Of a stretch of DNA of 64,000 nt, positions 54,495-64,000 are shown one piece after another. Below the pieces are notes generated by a model, which was not told where the DNA came from, searched no databases, and saw only the letters and a program-made list of their open reading frames with translations. Numbering within the stretch: position 1 is the stretch's first letter; each line of letters begins with the position of its first letter. The translations under genes were made by a program, and so were the position numbers. The stretch spans positions 249,092 through 313,091 of the forward strand of contig CAVUWB010000002.1 of assembly GCA_963745125.1 (NCBI GenBank). The letters run 5' to 3'. This stretch comes from an uncultured Pseudomonadota bacterium (GTDB lineage Bacteria > Pseudomonadota > Alphaproteobacteria > Acetobacterales > Acetobacteraceae).

Positions 54495-55459
54495 TCCGTC
54501 CCTTCACCTGTGTCTGTCTGATGCTCGCCGCCGGATCGGGGCTTTACCTCTATCAGGTTAAGCAGCGCGCCTTCACGCTCGACGCTTCGCTGCGCAGCAC
54601 CTTCCACGACATCGACGAGGCGCGGGACCGCACGCGCATGCTGCGGGCGGACTGGGCGTTGATGAACGATCCGGAACGGTTGCAGGCGCTGGCCGCTCAA
54701 TATCTCACGCTGCAACCGATGCAGCCGGCGCAGCTCGTGACGATGGATCAGCTGGCGTCGACGCTGCCGGCGCCGGTGCCGTTCTCCGCGACACCCGCGC
54801 CGACGGCGCCCACGGCGCCGAAGCCGGCGCCCGTCATCGACCCGACGCAGGGCGTGCCGATGGCCGAGGTGCAGCCACGGCTCATGCCGCATACCGGGCC
54901 GGTGGAGCCGGAGATGGCGCTGGCGCAGCCTCCGGTCGCGGCCGTTGCAGACCCGGCGCCGCCCGTTGTGGCGGCCGATCCGGTGCCGGCTCCGGTCCCC
55001 GCGCCCGTGGCCTCGGTGCCGCTGCCCGCCCCGTCACCCACACCGACTCTGGCCGCCCTCGCGCCGCCCGCCGCGATCGTTGCCGTACCGGAGGCGAGCC
55101 AGGCTCCGGCTGCCCCACCGCATGCCGAGGTGGCGGACGCAGCGCCATCGCCCAAGCCGGCCGCATCGCCGAAGCCTGCACACCACTGGGTCCGCCATCC
55201 TAGCCCGGAGAGCGGGACTTGGCTTGCCGATGCGAACGGAACGCCGTTGCAACCGCACCGGCATACGGCGCATCACCCCTCCGCCGCGCCACGGCAGTTC
55301 TTCGCCGCCAATGTTCCGGCGCCGGTGGCGGACCCCACGCCGCGTATCACGCCGCCGGCCGCGACGGTCATGTACAGCCCGGCTTCGGGGTCGTCGCTCG
55401 GCATGGCGGCATCCGCCGCGCTGGCGCCGCCGCGCCCGCTCTATTCAACCTCGCAGTAG
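54491..55459 (+). CDS. ftsL: FtsL-like cell division protein with long Pro/Ala-rich tail
   Basis: Lies between rsmH and ftsI; N-terminal TM, LYQVK, coiled coil, [14 protein letters not shown]. Confidence 0.75.
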   Translation: MIRPFTCVCLMLAAGSGLYLYQVKQRAFTLDASLRSTFHDIDEARDRTRMLRADWALMNDPERLQALAAQYLTLQPMQPAQLVTMDQLASTLPAPVPFSATPAPTAPTAPKPAPVIDPTQGVPMAEVQPRLMPHTGPVEPEMALAQPPVAAVADPAPPVVAADPVPAPVPAPVASVPLPAPSPTPTLAALAPPAAIVAVPEASQAPAAPPHAEVADAAPSPKPAASPKPAHHWVRHPSPESGTWLADANGTPLQPHRHTAHHPSAAPRQFFAANVPAPVADPTPRITPPAATVMYSPASGSSLGMAASAALAPPRPLYSTSQ

Positions 55460-55471
55460 GCACGTCGGGTC

Positions 55472-57469
55472 ATGAGCGACGCGCCCCCACCCGATATGAC
55501 GCCGAACAATCCCTGGGGCCCCCGGCCGCGCCAGGGCGGCGGCCTCCCGCATGGCGAGACGGTGCGCGTCACCTCGCCCGATCTGCGCCGCCGCGCGGCG
55601 ATGGAAAAAAGCAAGACAAGGCTGGTCGCAGTCTCCGGCGTCTTTCTTCTGCTGTTTATGGCCATCGCCGGCCGGCTTGCCTTCGCGACCCTGATCAACC
55701 CGATGAAGCCCGCGCCCCGCATCGTCGAGCAATTCGTGCCCGAAGCACCGGCCGCCGTGCCGCCGCCGCCCACCGGGCGCGCCTCCATCGTCGATGAGAA
55801 CGGGCAGATTCTCGCCGTGTCGCTTCCGGTCGCGGATCTCTACGCCGATCCGCGACAGATGATAAACACAGACGCCGTGGCGATGGCGCTGAAGAACGTG
55901 TTGCCGCAGATCAACGAGGCCGATATCGCGCGCCGGCTGGCTTCCGCCAAGGCCTTCGTCTATGTCGCCCGCCAGATCACGCCGGCGCAGGAACTCGCCA
56001 TCAACAACCTCGGCATTCCTGGCCTGTCGTTCCAGACCTCGTATGAACGCCGCTACCCGCTGGGCAATACGGCGGCGCAGGTGCTCGGCGGTGTCGATGT
56101 CGACAGCGACGGCATCGCGGGCGTCGAGAAATACTTCAACGCGCGCCTGAACAACGACCCCACGCCGCTCCGCCTTTCCATCGATGTGCGCGTGCAGACG
56201 ATCCTGCGCGACGAGGTCGCGAATGCGGTGAAGACCTTCACCGCCATCGGCGGCTGCGGCATTGTCGAGGACGCGACGAATGGCCGCATCCTCGGCATGG
56301 TCAGCATCCCGGATTACGACGCGAACGATCTCGCCACGGCGGCCGATGCGGAGAAGTTCAACCGCTGCGCCACGGGCACCTATGAGCCGGGCAGCGTGTT
56401 CAAGCTGCAGACGGCGAGCATGGCGCTCGACGACAACGTCATCCACATGTGGGACTCGTTCAACACCACGCATCCGATTCCGATCGGTCGTTTCCACATC
56501 ACCGATTTCGAGCCCAAGCACTATTGGATGCAGCTGCCCGATATCATGCGGTTCTCATCCAATATCGGCGCCTCGCGCATTTCCGTGCTGGTCGGTAAAG
56601 AACGTCAGCGCGCCTGGCTGCAGAAGCTCGGGCTGATGACGCGCGAGCCCATCGAACTGCCGGAAGCGGCGGAGCCGCAGGTGCAGCCCGAAAGCGCCTG
56701 GGGCCGCGCCACGCTGATGACGGTTTCCTTCGGCAATGGCATCGCGGAGACGCCGCTGCATATCGCCAATACGGCGGTCGCGATCGTCGATGGCGGGATG
56801 CTGTACAAGCCGACGCTGCTGGCGGGTGATCCGGGCGATCCGCCCATCACCGGCACGCGCGTCATGCAGGAATCGACGTCCGACACGCTCCGCCGCATCA
56901 TGCGCCTGATCGTGACGGACGGCACCGGCAGCTTCGGTGAGGTGCCGGGTTATTTCGTCGGCGCGAAGACCGGCACGGCGCAGAAGGTCTCGGTCCACGG
57001 CGGCTACAAGAAGCATTCGAACTACAGCTCCTTCGTCGCGGCCTTTCCGATCTATGCACCGCGCTACGTCGTTTATGTCGCGATCAATTCCGGGCATGCG
57101 ACGGCGGCGACGCATGGCTTCACGACGGGCGGCTATATGGCGGCACCCTCCGTCGCGCAGGTCATCGCCCGCATCGGGCCGATGTTCAACGTGGTGCCGC
57201 GCTTCGACAACGTGCAGGCGATCAACGAGGAACTCGCGATTCCGATGCCCTATCCGGCGCCGTCGGGCGTGGTGCCGCTCGGCCCGAACAATCCGGGCGA
57301 GCCCGACGACATCGCCGATGTCGCGCGGCCTGATCGCAAGCCGGAGCATCGGGCAGCGCCCAGGGTCGCGGGCGATGGCGGATGGGTAGCACCGGCGAAC
57401 GTGGTCGCCACGCTGCGGCACGACGCGATGTATCGCGTCCCGGCGCCGGCCACCGATGCGGCTCGTTGA
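55472..57469 (+). CDS. ftsI: Division transpeptidase PBP3
   Basis: RASIVDENG, RRYP, EPGSVFK (SxxK), SSN, KTGTAQK. Confidence 0.93.
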   Translation: MSDAPPPDMTPNNPWGPRPRQGGGLPHGETVRVTSPDLRRRAAMEKSKTRLVAVSGVFLLLFMAIAGRLAFATLINPMKPAPRIVEQFVPEAPAAVPPPPTGRASIVDENGQILAVSLPVADLYADPRQMINTDAVAMALKNVLPQINEADIARRLASAKAFVYVARQITPAQELAINNLGIPGLSFQTSYERRYPLGNTAAQVLGGVDVDSDGIAGVEKYFNARLNNDPTPLRLSIDVRVQTILRDEVANAVKTFTAIGGCGIVEDATNGRILGMVSIPDYDANDLATAADAEKFNRCATGTYEPGSVFKLQTASMALDDNVIHMWDSFNTTHPIPIGRFHITDFEPKHYWMQLPDIMRFSSNIGASRISVLVGKERQRAWLQKLGLMTREPIELPEAAEPQVQPESAWGRATLMTVSFGNGIAETPLHIANTAVAIVDGGMLYKPTLLAGDPGDPPITGTRVMQESTSDTLRRIMRLIVTDGTGSFGEVPGYFVGAKTGTAQKVSVHGGYKKHSNYSSFVAAFPIYAPRYVVYVAINSGHATAATHGFTTGGYMAAPSVAQVIARIGPMFNVVPRFDNVQAINEELAIPMPYPAPSGVVPLGPNNPGEPDDIADVARPDRKPEHRAAPRVAGDGGWVAPANVVATLRHDAMYRVPAPATDAAR

Positions 57470-58946
57470 TCTGATGCAGGTCGCACCCGTCACCAGCCCC
57501 GGCCGGCCCGGCTTCGGCCGGTTGCCCGGCGCGGTGGATGTCAGCGGCATCACCGCCAACAGCCGGGAGGTGCAGCCCGGCTTCGTCTTCGCCGCTCTGC
57601 CAGGCAGCGCGCATGATGGGCGCCAGTTCATCGCCGATGCCGTGGCGCGCGGTGCTGCCGCCATTCTCGCCCCGCAGGGCACGGATTGGCCGGCCGGCGT
57701 GCCGCCCCGGCCGATGATTCTGGACCCAGAGCCGCGCCGGCGCCTGGCCCAGATGGCGGCGCGGCTTGCCGGCCCGCAGCCGCGCCGCATCGCCGCCGTC
57801 ACCGGCACCAACGGCAAAACCAGCACCGCCGATTTCCTGCGGCAACTCTGGACGCTCGGCGGCCACGCCGCGGCCTCGCTCGGCACGCTCGGACTGATCG
57901 CGCCCGGCATGCCCTGCGGCGCGGGGCTGACCACGCCCGATCCGGTCAGCCTCGCCCGGATCTTGGCGGACCTCGCCGGGGGCGGCATTCAGCATGTGGC
58001 GGTCGAAGCCAGCAGCCATGGGCTCGACCAGTTCCGGCTGGATGGGCTGCGGCTTTCCGCCGGCGCCTTCACGAACCTGACCCGCGACCATCTCGACTAT
58101 CACGGCGGGATGCAGGCTTACGCCCGCGCGAAGCTCCGCCTTTTTGCCGAGCTGCTGCCGCGCGGCGCGCCGGCCGTCGCCGCGATGACGCTGGAGCGCG
58201 GGGTGAGGGAGGCGATGGCCGCGCTCTCCGCCAAGGCCGGGCTGAACTTCGGCACGGTGGGCGAGAGCGAGGGCGATGGCGGCACGATCATTGCCCTGCA
58301 CCGTGCTGTGCCGAGGCCGAGCGGCCAGGTGCTCGCGCTGAGCACCGCCGGCCGCCGTTTCGATATCGATCTGCCTCTGCCTGGTCGTTTCCAGGCCGAT
58401 AACGCGCTTGTCGCCGCCGCCATCGCGCTCATGCTGGGGGAGACGGCGGCGCTCGACCGGATGGGCGGCCTCGTCGGCGTGCGCGGCCGCATGGAGCTGG
58501 CGGCGACCCTCGCCAACGGTGCCGCGGCTTACGTCGATTACGCGCATACGCCCGATGCGATCACCCGCCTGCTCTCGGCGCTGCGCCCGCATGCGGAGGG
58601 GCGGCTGGTCATCGTCTTCGGTGCCGGCGGGGATCGTGACCGTGGCAAGCGCCCGCTGATGGGTGCGGCCGCTCTCGCCGGGGCGGATGCGGTGATCGTG
58701 ACCGATGACAATCCGCGCACCGAGGATGCCGCCGCGATCCGCGCCGAGGTCATGGCCGGCTGCCCGGACGCGATCGAGGTCGGGGGGCGCGAGGCCGCCA
58801 TCGCCGCCGGTCTCGGCCTGCTCGGGCCGGGGGACGTGCTCGTCGTTGCCGGCAAGGGTCACGAACAGGGGCAGACGATCGGGCGCGAGACGCTGCCCTT
58901 CGACGACGCCGAAGTTATCCGCCGTCTCACAGGCAGCACTGTATGA
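57456..58946 (+). CDS. murE: UDP-MurNAc-tripeptide synthetase
   Basis: VTGTNGKTS, EASSHGL, NLTRDHLDYH, DYAHTPD, DDNPR (DAP specificity), AGKGHE. Confidence 0.96.
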   Translation: MRLVDLMQVAPVTSPGRPGFGRLPGAVDVSGITANSREVQPGFVFAALPGSAHDGRQFIADAVARGAAAILAPQGTDWPAGVPPRPMILDPEPRRRLAQMAARLAGPQPRRIAAVTGTNGKTSTADFLRQLWTLGGHAAASLGTLGLIAPGMPCGAGLTTPDPVSLARILADLAGGGIQHVAVEASSHGLDQFRLDGLRLSAGAFTNLTRDHLDYHGGMQAYARAKLRLFAELLPRGAPAVAAMTLERGVREAMAALSAKAGLNFGTVGESEGDGGTIIALHRAVPRPSGQVLALSTAGRRFDIDLPLPGRFQADNALVAAAIALMLGETAALDRMGGLVGVRGRMELAATLANGAAAYVDYAHTPDAITRLLSALRPHAEGRLVIVFGAGGDRDRGKRPLMGAAALAGADAVIVTDDNPRTEDAAAIRAEVMAGCPDAIEVGGREAAIAAGLGLLGPGDVLVVAGKGHEQGQTIGRETLPFDDAEVIRRLTGSTV

Positions 58947-60334
58947 GCGCGCTTTGGACGGCCGAGGATCTCGCCGCGGCGGCGGGCGGCGTCATGACGC
59001 GCCCCTTCGCGGCGAGCGGCGTCTCGATCGATACGCGCACGGTGAGCGCGGGTGATCTGTTCGTGGCACTGCATGGCGAGAACCGCGACGGGCATCTGTT
59101 CGTCTCGGCGGCGCTGGGCGCGGGTGCCGCCGGCGCGCTGGTCGATCGCGATCCCCCGGATGCGGATGAGGACGCGCCACTGCTCCGTGTCGCGGACACG
59201 CTCGCCGGCCTCACCGCGATCGGGGCCGCGGCGCGCGCGCGCTTCACCGGGCGGCTGGTCGCGGTCACGGGCAGCGTCGGCAAGACGACGACGAAGGAGA
59301 TGCTGCGGCGGATTTTCACCGCCGCCGGCCCGACGCATGCGGCCGTCGCCTCCTACAACAATCATTGGGGCGTGCCGCTGACGCTGGCGCGGCTGCCGCG
59401 CGACGCCGCCTTCTGCGTCGCCGAGATCGGCATGAACCATCCGGGGGAAATCGCGCCGCTCGCGCAACTCGCCCGGCCGCATGTCGCGGTGATCACGAAT
59501 ATCGCGCCGGTCCATATCGGCCACATGGGCAGCCTCGACGCGATCGCGGCGGAGAAGGCGGCGATCCTCGCCGGCCTCGCGGAGGGCGGCACGGCGATTT
59601 TGCCGGCTGACAGCCCGCAGCTCGCAATCCTCATCGCCGTCGCCGGCACGGCCCGCGTCATCCGCTTCGGCGCCGGCACGGACGCCGAGGCCCGGCTGCT
59701 CGACGCGAGCAGCGATGCGGAGGGCGTGAACGTCGCCATGAGCCTGCATGGCACGCCGCTGCGCTTCCGCTTGTCGGCGCCCGGCGCCCATATGGCGATG
59801 AACGCGGTGGCGGCCGTGGCGGCAGCGGTGGCGGCGGGTGTCGAACCCCATCACGCTTCCGCCGCCCTCGATGGTTTCGCGGCGCTCGGCGGTCGTGGCG
59901 CGCGCCGCCGCCTCGCTTTGCCGGATGGCGGGGAAGCGCTGCTGCTCGACGAAAGCTACAACGCCTCGGCGCCGTCGGTGCGCGCGGCGCTCGCGGTGCT
60001 CGGGCTGCAGCCGGCCACGCGGCGGGTCGCGGTGCTCGGCGACATGCTGGAACTGGGCGAGGCGAGTGCGGCCGAGCATGAGGGGCTCGCCGGCGATGTC
60101 GCGGCCCATTGCGATCTGCTGTTCGCCTGTGGCCCCGCGATGCGGCGGCTGTTCGACGCGGTGCCGGCGGAGAAGCGCGGGACCCATGCCGCGACCTCGG
60201 CCGAGCTTGCACCCGTGGTCGTGGCGGCGGTTCGGCCCGGCGATGCCATTCTGGTCAAAGGCAGCCTCGGCAGCCGCATGGCCGCCATCATCGCGGCACT
60301 CCCTGTCGGGGCCGAGACGCGGGAGCAGGGCTGA
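58943..60334 (+). CDS. murF: UDP-MurNAc-tripeptide--D-Ala-D-Ala ligase
   Basis: [48 protein letters not shown]. Confidence 0.96.
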   Translation: MSALWTAEDLAAAAGGVMTRPFAASGVSIDTRTVSAGDLFVALHGENRDGHLFVSAALGAGAAGALVDRDPPDADEDAPLLRVADTLAGLTAIGAAARARFTGRLVAVTGSVGKTTTKEMLRRIFTAAGPTHAAVASYNNHWGVPLTLARLPRDAAFCVAEIGMNHPGEIAPLAQLARPHVAVITNIAPVHIGHMGSLDAIAAEKAAILAGLAEGGTAILPADSPQLAILIAVAGTARVIRFGAGTDAEARLLDASSDAEGVNVAMSLHGTPLRFRLSAPGAHMAMNAVAAVAAAVAAGVEPHHASAALDGFAALGGRGARRRLALPDGGEALLLDESYNASAPSVRAALAVLGLQPATRRVAVLGDMLELGEASAAEHEGLAGDVAAHCDLLFACGPAMRRLFDAVPAEKRGTHAATSAELAPVVVAAVRPGDAILVKGSLGSRMAAIIAALPVGAETREQG

Positions 60335-61422
60335 TGCTTTACAATCTTCTCCTGCCCTTCTCGAACCATCTCCATATCCTCAATCTTATCCGCTACCTGA
60401 CCTTCCGGTCGGGTGCCGCTTGCCTCACTTCGCTCATCATCAGTTTTCTGCTCGGGCCTCGCGTCATCCGCATGCTGCGGAGTTTGCAGAAGCAGGGCCA
60501 GCCGATCCGGCTCGATGGGCCGGCGCGGCATCTGGTGGAGAAGAAGGGCACGCCGACGATGGGTGGCGTGCTCATCCTCAGCGCGCTCACCATCTCGACG
60601 CTGCTATGGACGGATCTCGCCAACCCTTATGTTTGGGCGGCACTCCTCGTGACGCTGGGCTACGGCGCGCTCGGCTTCGCGGATGATTTCCTCAAGGTGA
60701 CGAAGCGGAACACCAAGGGCCTGTCCGGCCGGTTCAAGTTGATCGGGCAGGCGAGCATCGGCCTGCTCGCCTCGATCTGGATCATGGTGCATATCGGCGG
60801 CCCGCTCGGCAGCGGCATCTCGATTCCCGATTTCAAGAATGTGCTGATTCCGCTTGGCATCTTCTTTCCGCTCTTCGGCATGCTGGTGATGATGGGCGCG
60901 TCCAACGCGGTCAATCTCACCGACGGTCTCGACGGTCTGGCGATGGTGCCGACGATCATCGTCGCCGGCGTCTTCGCCCTCATCGCCTATCTCGTCGGCA
61001 ACCGCATCTTCGCGGTCTATCTCGAACTGCCCTTCGTCCAGGGCTCGGGCGAACTCGCTGTCTTCTGTTCCGCGCTCATCGGCGCCGGACTCGGCTTTCT
61101 CTGGTACAACGCGCCGCCGGCCGCGGTCTTCATGGGTGATACCGGCAGCCTCGCCTTGGGCGGCGCTGTCGCCGCCGTCGCCGTCGCGACGAAGCATGAG
61201 ATCGTGCTCGCGATCGTCGGCGGCCTTTTCGTCGTCGAGACGCTTTCCGTCATCATCCAGGTCTTCTGGTTCAAGCGCACGGGCCGGCGCGTCTTCTTGA
61301 TGGCGCCGCTGCACCATCACTTTGAGAAGAAGGGCTGGGCCGAACCCACCATCGTCATTCGCTTCTGGATCGTCTCGATGATTCTGGCGCTCGTGGGTCT
61401 CGCGACCCTGAAGATCCGCTGA
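60334..61422 (+). CDS. mraY: Phospho-MurNAc-pentapeptide transferase
   Basis: [38 protein letters not shown]. Confidence 0.97.
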   Translation: MLYNLLLPFSNHLHILNLIRYLTFRSGAACLTSLIISFLLGPRVIRMLRSLQKQGQPIRLDGPARHLVEKKGTPTMGGVLILSALTISTLLWTDLANPYVWAALLVTLGYGALGFADDFLKVTKRNTKGLSGRFKLIGQASIGLLASIWIMVHIGGPLGSGISIPDFKNVLIPLGIFFPLFGMLVMMGASNAVNLTDGLDGLAMVPTIIVAGVFALIAYLVGNRIFAVYLELPFVQGSGELAVFCSALIGAGLGFLWYNAPPAAVFMGDTGSLALGGAVAAVAVATKHEIVLAIVGGLFVVETLSVIIQVFWFKRTGRRVFLMAPLHHHFEKKGWAEPTIVIRFWIVSMILALVGLATLKIR

Positions 61423-62786
61423 TGGAATTTCCCCGCACCCTGTTCGCCGATTCGCGTTTCGCCATTCTCGGCCTCGGCCGGAACGGCCTGCCCGTGGCGC
61501 GCGCGCTCAGCGCCATGGGCGCCGAGACGTTGCTTTGGGATGACGGCGCACCGGCCCGGGATGCCGCGCGGGCCGAGGGCTTCCAGGTCGCCGATCTGCG
61601 GGAGGGTGATTTCGCCTTCTCGGCGCTTGTGCTGTCGCCGGGGATTCCGCATCGCCTGCCGGCGCCGCACCCCGTCGCCGCCCGCGCCATCGCGGCGGGC
61701 GTGCCGATCCTGAGCGATGCGGAGCTTCTGTTCCAGGCTGTGCGCCGCGCGGGAAGCCAGGCCCGATTCGCCGGCATCACCGGGACGAACGGCAAATCCA
61801 CAACGACGGCGTTGCTCGCGCATATTCTGTCGGAGGCCGGGCTGCCGGTCGCGGCGGGCGGAAACCTCGGCACCGCCGCGCTCGCGCTGCCGCTGCTGCC
61901 CGATCACGGCATCTACGTGCTCGAAATGTCGTCTTACATGTTGGAGCGAATCGCAACTCTCCGCTTCTCTGCTGCGGCAATGTTGAATCTGTCGCCCGAT
62001 CACCTCGACCGTCATGGCAACATGACCGGCTATGCCGATGTAAAGCGTGCGATTTTCGCACGCCAGACAGCGGCCGACGTGGCTGTGGTCGGGATTGACG
62101 ATCCGCTCTCCTCCGCGATGGCCGATGATTTGTCGTCCGGGCCGATGCAGTTGGTGCGGGTCAGCGGCCTGGGTGCGGAGACGCAATCGCCCGCGCTGCC
62201 GGGGGCGCACAACGCCCAGAACGCCGCCGCCGCCACCGCGATGGCGCGTGCCCTCGGCGTCGACCCGTCCACGATCGCGACGGCGATCCGAAGCTTCGCC
62301 GGGCTGCCGCACCGGCAGGCCCGCGTCGGCAGCCATGACGGCACCGTGTTCATCAATGACAGCAAGGCGACGAATGCCGATGCCGCAGCCCGCGCGCTCG
62401 GCTGCTACGACCGCATCGTCTGGATCGCGGGCGGCATCGGCAAGGCGGGCGGCATCGCGCCGCTCGCGCCATTCTTTCCCCGTATCGTCCATGCGGAGCT
62501 GATCGGCCGTGACGCCGGTGTCTTCGCCGAGACGCTGGCAGCCCATGCCGTGCCGCACCGCATTGCCAGCACGCTGGATGCCGCCGTCCCCGCCGCTTTC
62601 GAGCGGGCGCGTGCGCTGGGTGCTGGCGTGGTGCTGCTCTCCCCGGCGGCCGCGAGCTTCGACCAGTTTTCGGGCTTCGAGGCGCGGGGCGACCGCTTCG
62701 CCGCGCTCGTCGCGGCTCTCTCGCAGCCAAACACGACAGCGCTGGGCCAGATCGGGCCGGGCGCGATGAGCGGGAGGGCCGCCTGA
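61422..62786 (+). CDS. murD: UDP-MurNAc-L-Ala--D-Glu ligase
   Basis: SPGIP, TGTNGKSTT, EMSSY, PDHLDRH, NDSKATN, LSPAAASFDQF. Confidence 0.96.
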   Translation: MEFPRTLFADSRFAILGLGRNGLPVARALSAMGAETLLWDDGAPARDAARAEGFQVADLREGDFAFSALVLSPGIPHRLPAPHPVAARAIAAGVPILSDAELLFQAVRRAGSQARFAGITGTNGKSTTTALLAHILSEAGLPVAAGGNLGTAALALPLLPDHGIYVLEMSSYMLERIATLRFSAAAMLNLSPDHLDRHGNMTGYADVKRAIFARQTAADVAVVGIDDPLSSAMADDLSSGPMQLVRVSGLGAETQSPALPGAHNAQNAAAATAMARALGVDPSTIATAIRSFAGLPHRQARVGSHDGTVFINDSKATNADAAARALGCYDRIVWIAGGIGKAGGIAPLAPFFPRIVHAELIGRDAGVFAETLAAHAVPHRIASTLDAAVPAAFERARALGAGVVLLSPAAASFDQFSGFEARGDRFAALVAALSQPNTTALGQIGPGAMSGRAA

Positions 62787-63907
62787 TGCTCGCTCTGTCA
62801 CGGACGGATACCTCAACGCTCGGCCGCTGGTGGTGGACGGTCGATCGCTGGACGCTGCTCTGCATCGGCATGCTCATCGGCTTCGGCTATGTGCTGGTGT
62901 TGGCCTCCAGCCCGGCGGTCGCGCATCGCATCGGCGACCCGCGCGACCTGCTCATCGCGAAGCAGGTGACGTTCCTGGCGCTCGCCGGCCTTATCGTTGT
63001 CGGCGTGTCGCTGATGCAGCCCAAGGGCATCCGCTGGCTCGCGCTGATCGGCACGCTCATGGCTCTGCTGCTGACGGCCTTCACCCTCGTCCACGGTGTC
63101 GAGATCAAGGGCGCGCGGCGCTGGATCAACCTTCCGTTCCTGTCGCTGCAGCCGAGCGAGTTCCTCAAGCCCTTCTTCGCGGTCGTGACCGCCGGGCTGC
63201 TGGTGGAAGCGCGCAATACCGAGAAATTTCCGGGCCGGTTGCTAGCGCTGATGCTCTACGGGCTCATCGCGCTGCTGCTGAAGACGCAGCCCGATATCGG
63301 GATGCTCGCCGTCATCAGCATCGTCTTCCTGGCGCAGCTCTTTCTCGACGGTCTCAACCTGGCGCTCGTCGGCATCGCCGCTGGCGGCCTGGTGGTGAGT
63401 TTCATCGCCGCCTTCTTTCTGATGCCGCATGTGCATGTGCGGGTGGAGCGCTTCCTGCACCCGACCGAGCAGACCGCTTATCAGGCGCTGACCGCCTTGC
63501 AGGCTTTCGGCAATGGCGGGTTGCTCGGGCGTGGCCCGGGTGAGGGCATGGTCAAGGACATCCTGCCCGACGCCCATGCGGATTTCGTCTTCGCCGTCGC
63601 GGGGGAGGAGTTCGGCCTCGTCGTCTGCCTCTTCATCCTCGGCATCTTCGCCGCCATCGTGCTGCGCGGCCTGCTACGCCTGATCGCCGAGAACGATCAG
63701 TTTGTGCTGCTCGCCTCGGCCGGGCTGCTGATGAGCTTCGGCCTTCAGGCCTTCATCAATATGGCATCCTCGCTCGAACTCATCCCGACCAAGGGCATGA
63801 CGCTGCCCTTCATCTCCTATGGCGGCTCGTCCGCGCTATCGGTCGCCGTGGAGATGGGCATGCTGCTCGCGCTCACCCGACGTCGCTTCGCGAGTGACCG
63901 CTCATGA
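62786..63907 (+). CDS. ftsW: SEDS peptidoglycan polymerase FtsW
   Basis: KGARRWI, QPSEFLK, QPDIG, LPDAHADF, PTKGMTLPFISYGGS. Confidence 0.96.
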   Translation: MLALSRTDTSTLGRWWWTVDRWTLLCIGMLIGFGYVLVLASSPAVAHRIGDPRDLLIAKQVTFLALAGLIVVGVSLMQPKGIRWLALIGTLMALLLTAFTLVHGVEIKGARRWINLPFLSLQPSEFLKPFFAVVTAGLLVEARNTEKFPGRLLALMLYGLIALLLKTQPDIGMLAVISIVFLAQLFLDGLNLALVGIAAGGLVVSFIAAFFLMPHVHVRVERFLHPTEQTAYQALTALQAFGNGGLLGRGPGEGMVKDILPDAHADFVFAVAGEEFGLVVCLFILGIFAAIVLRGLLRLIAENDQFVLLASAGLLMSFGLQAFINMASSLELIPTKGMTLPFISYGGSSALSVAVEMGMLLALTRRRFASDRS

Positions 63908-64000
63908 GGGGGCCGCGCGTGATTCCCGTGGTCATCGCGGCCGGCGGCACGGGCGGGCATTTCTTCCCGGCCGAGGCGCTGGCGATGACGCTGGCGGGCC
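63904..64000 (+). CDS. murG: MurG glycosyltransferase, 5' end only
   Basis: MRGPRVIPVVIAAGGTGGHFFPAEAL; ATGA overlap with the ftsW stop. Confidence 0.9.
   Translation, partial: MRGPRVIPVVIAAGGTGGHFFPAEALAMTLAG

Overview
GC-rich alphaproteobacterial chromosome segment; gene order and style suggest Acetobacteraceae/Rhodospirillales (inference). The left half (1-32 kb) is accessory/metabolic: TauE exporter, SAM-I/IV riboswitch-controlled metA, LysE exporter, epoxide hydrolase, dinB, a GT2 / flavoprotein / ATP-grasp trio, a bacteriophytochrome-GGDEF-EAL with a divergent diguanylate cyclase, MarR plus an RND pump, an uncharacterised GlpK-like kinase / two-subunit flavoprotein / two APC permease / DeoR catabolic cluster, and xfp-ackA. 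The right half is core genome: gyrB-recF-dnaN-dnaA, rpsT, mutM, ubiE, coaBC, dut, a DUF2142-type membrane protein, an ABC system without a binding protein, aminotransferase, rnhB, ccrM, amidase, RNase P RNA and the start of the dcw cluster (mraZ to murG). Many genes at 33-47.5 kb are broken by single-base insertions, most likely assembly consensus errors. Non-coding signals include three families of palindromic miniature elements (some supply stop codons), a consensus alphaproteobacterial LexA box and four 10-bp-phased MraZ-type repeats upstream of the dcw cluster, and a Pho-box-like repeat before the ABC genes. The best candidate for an undescribed system is the putative amino-polyol catabolic cluster at 19.8-28.1 kb.
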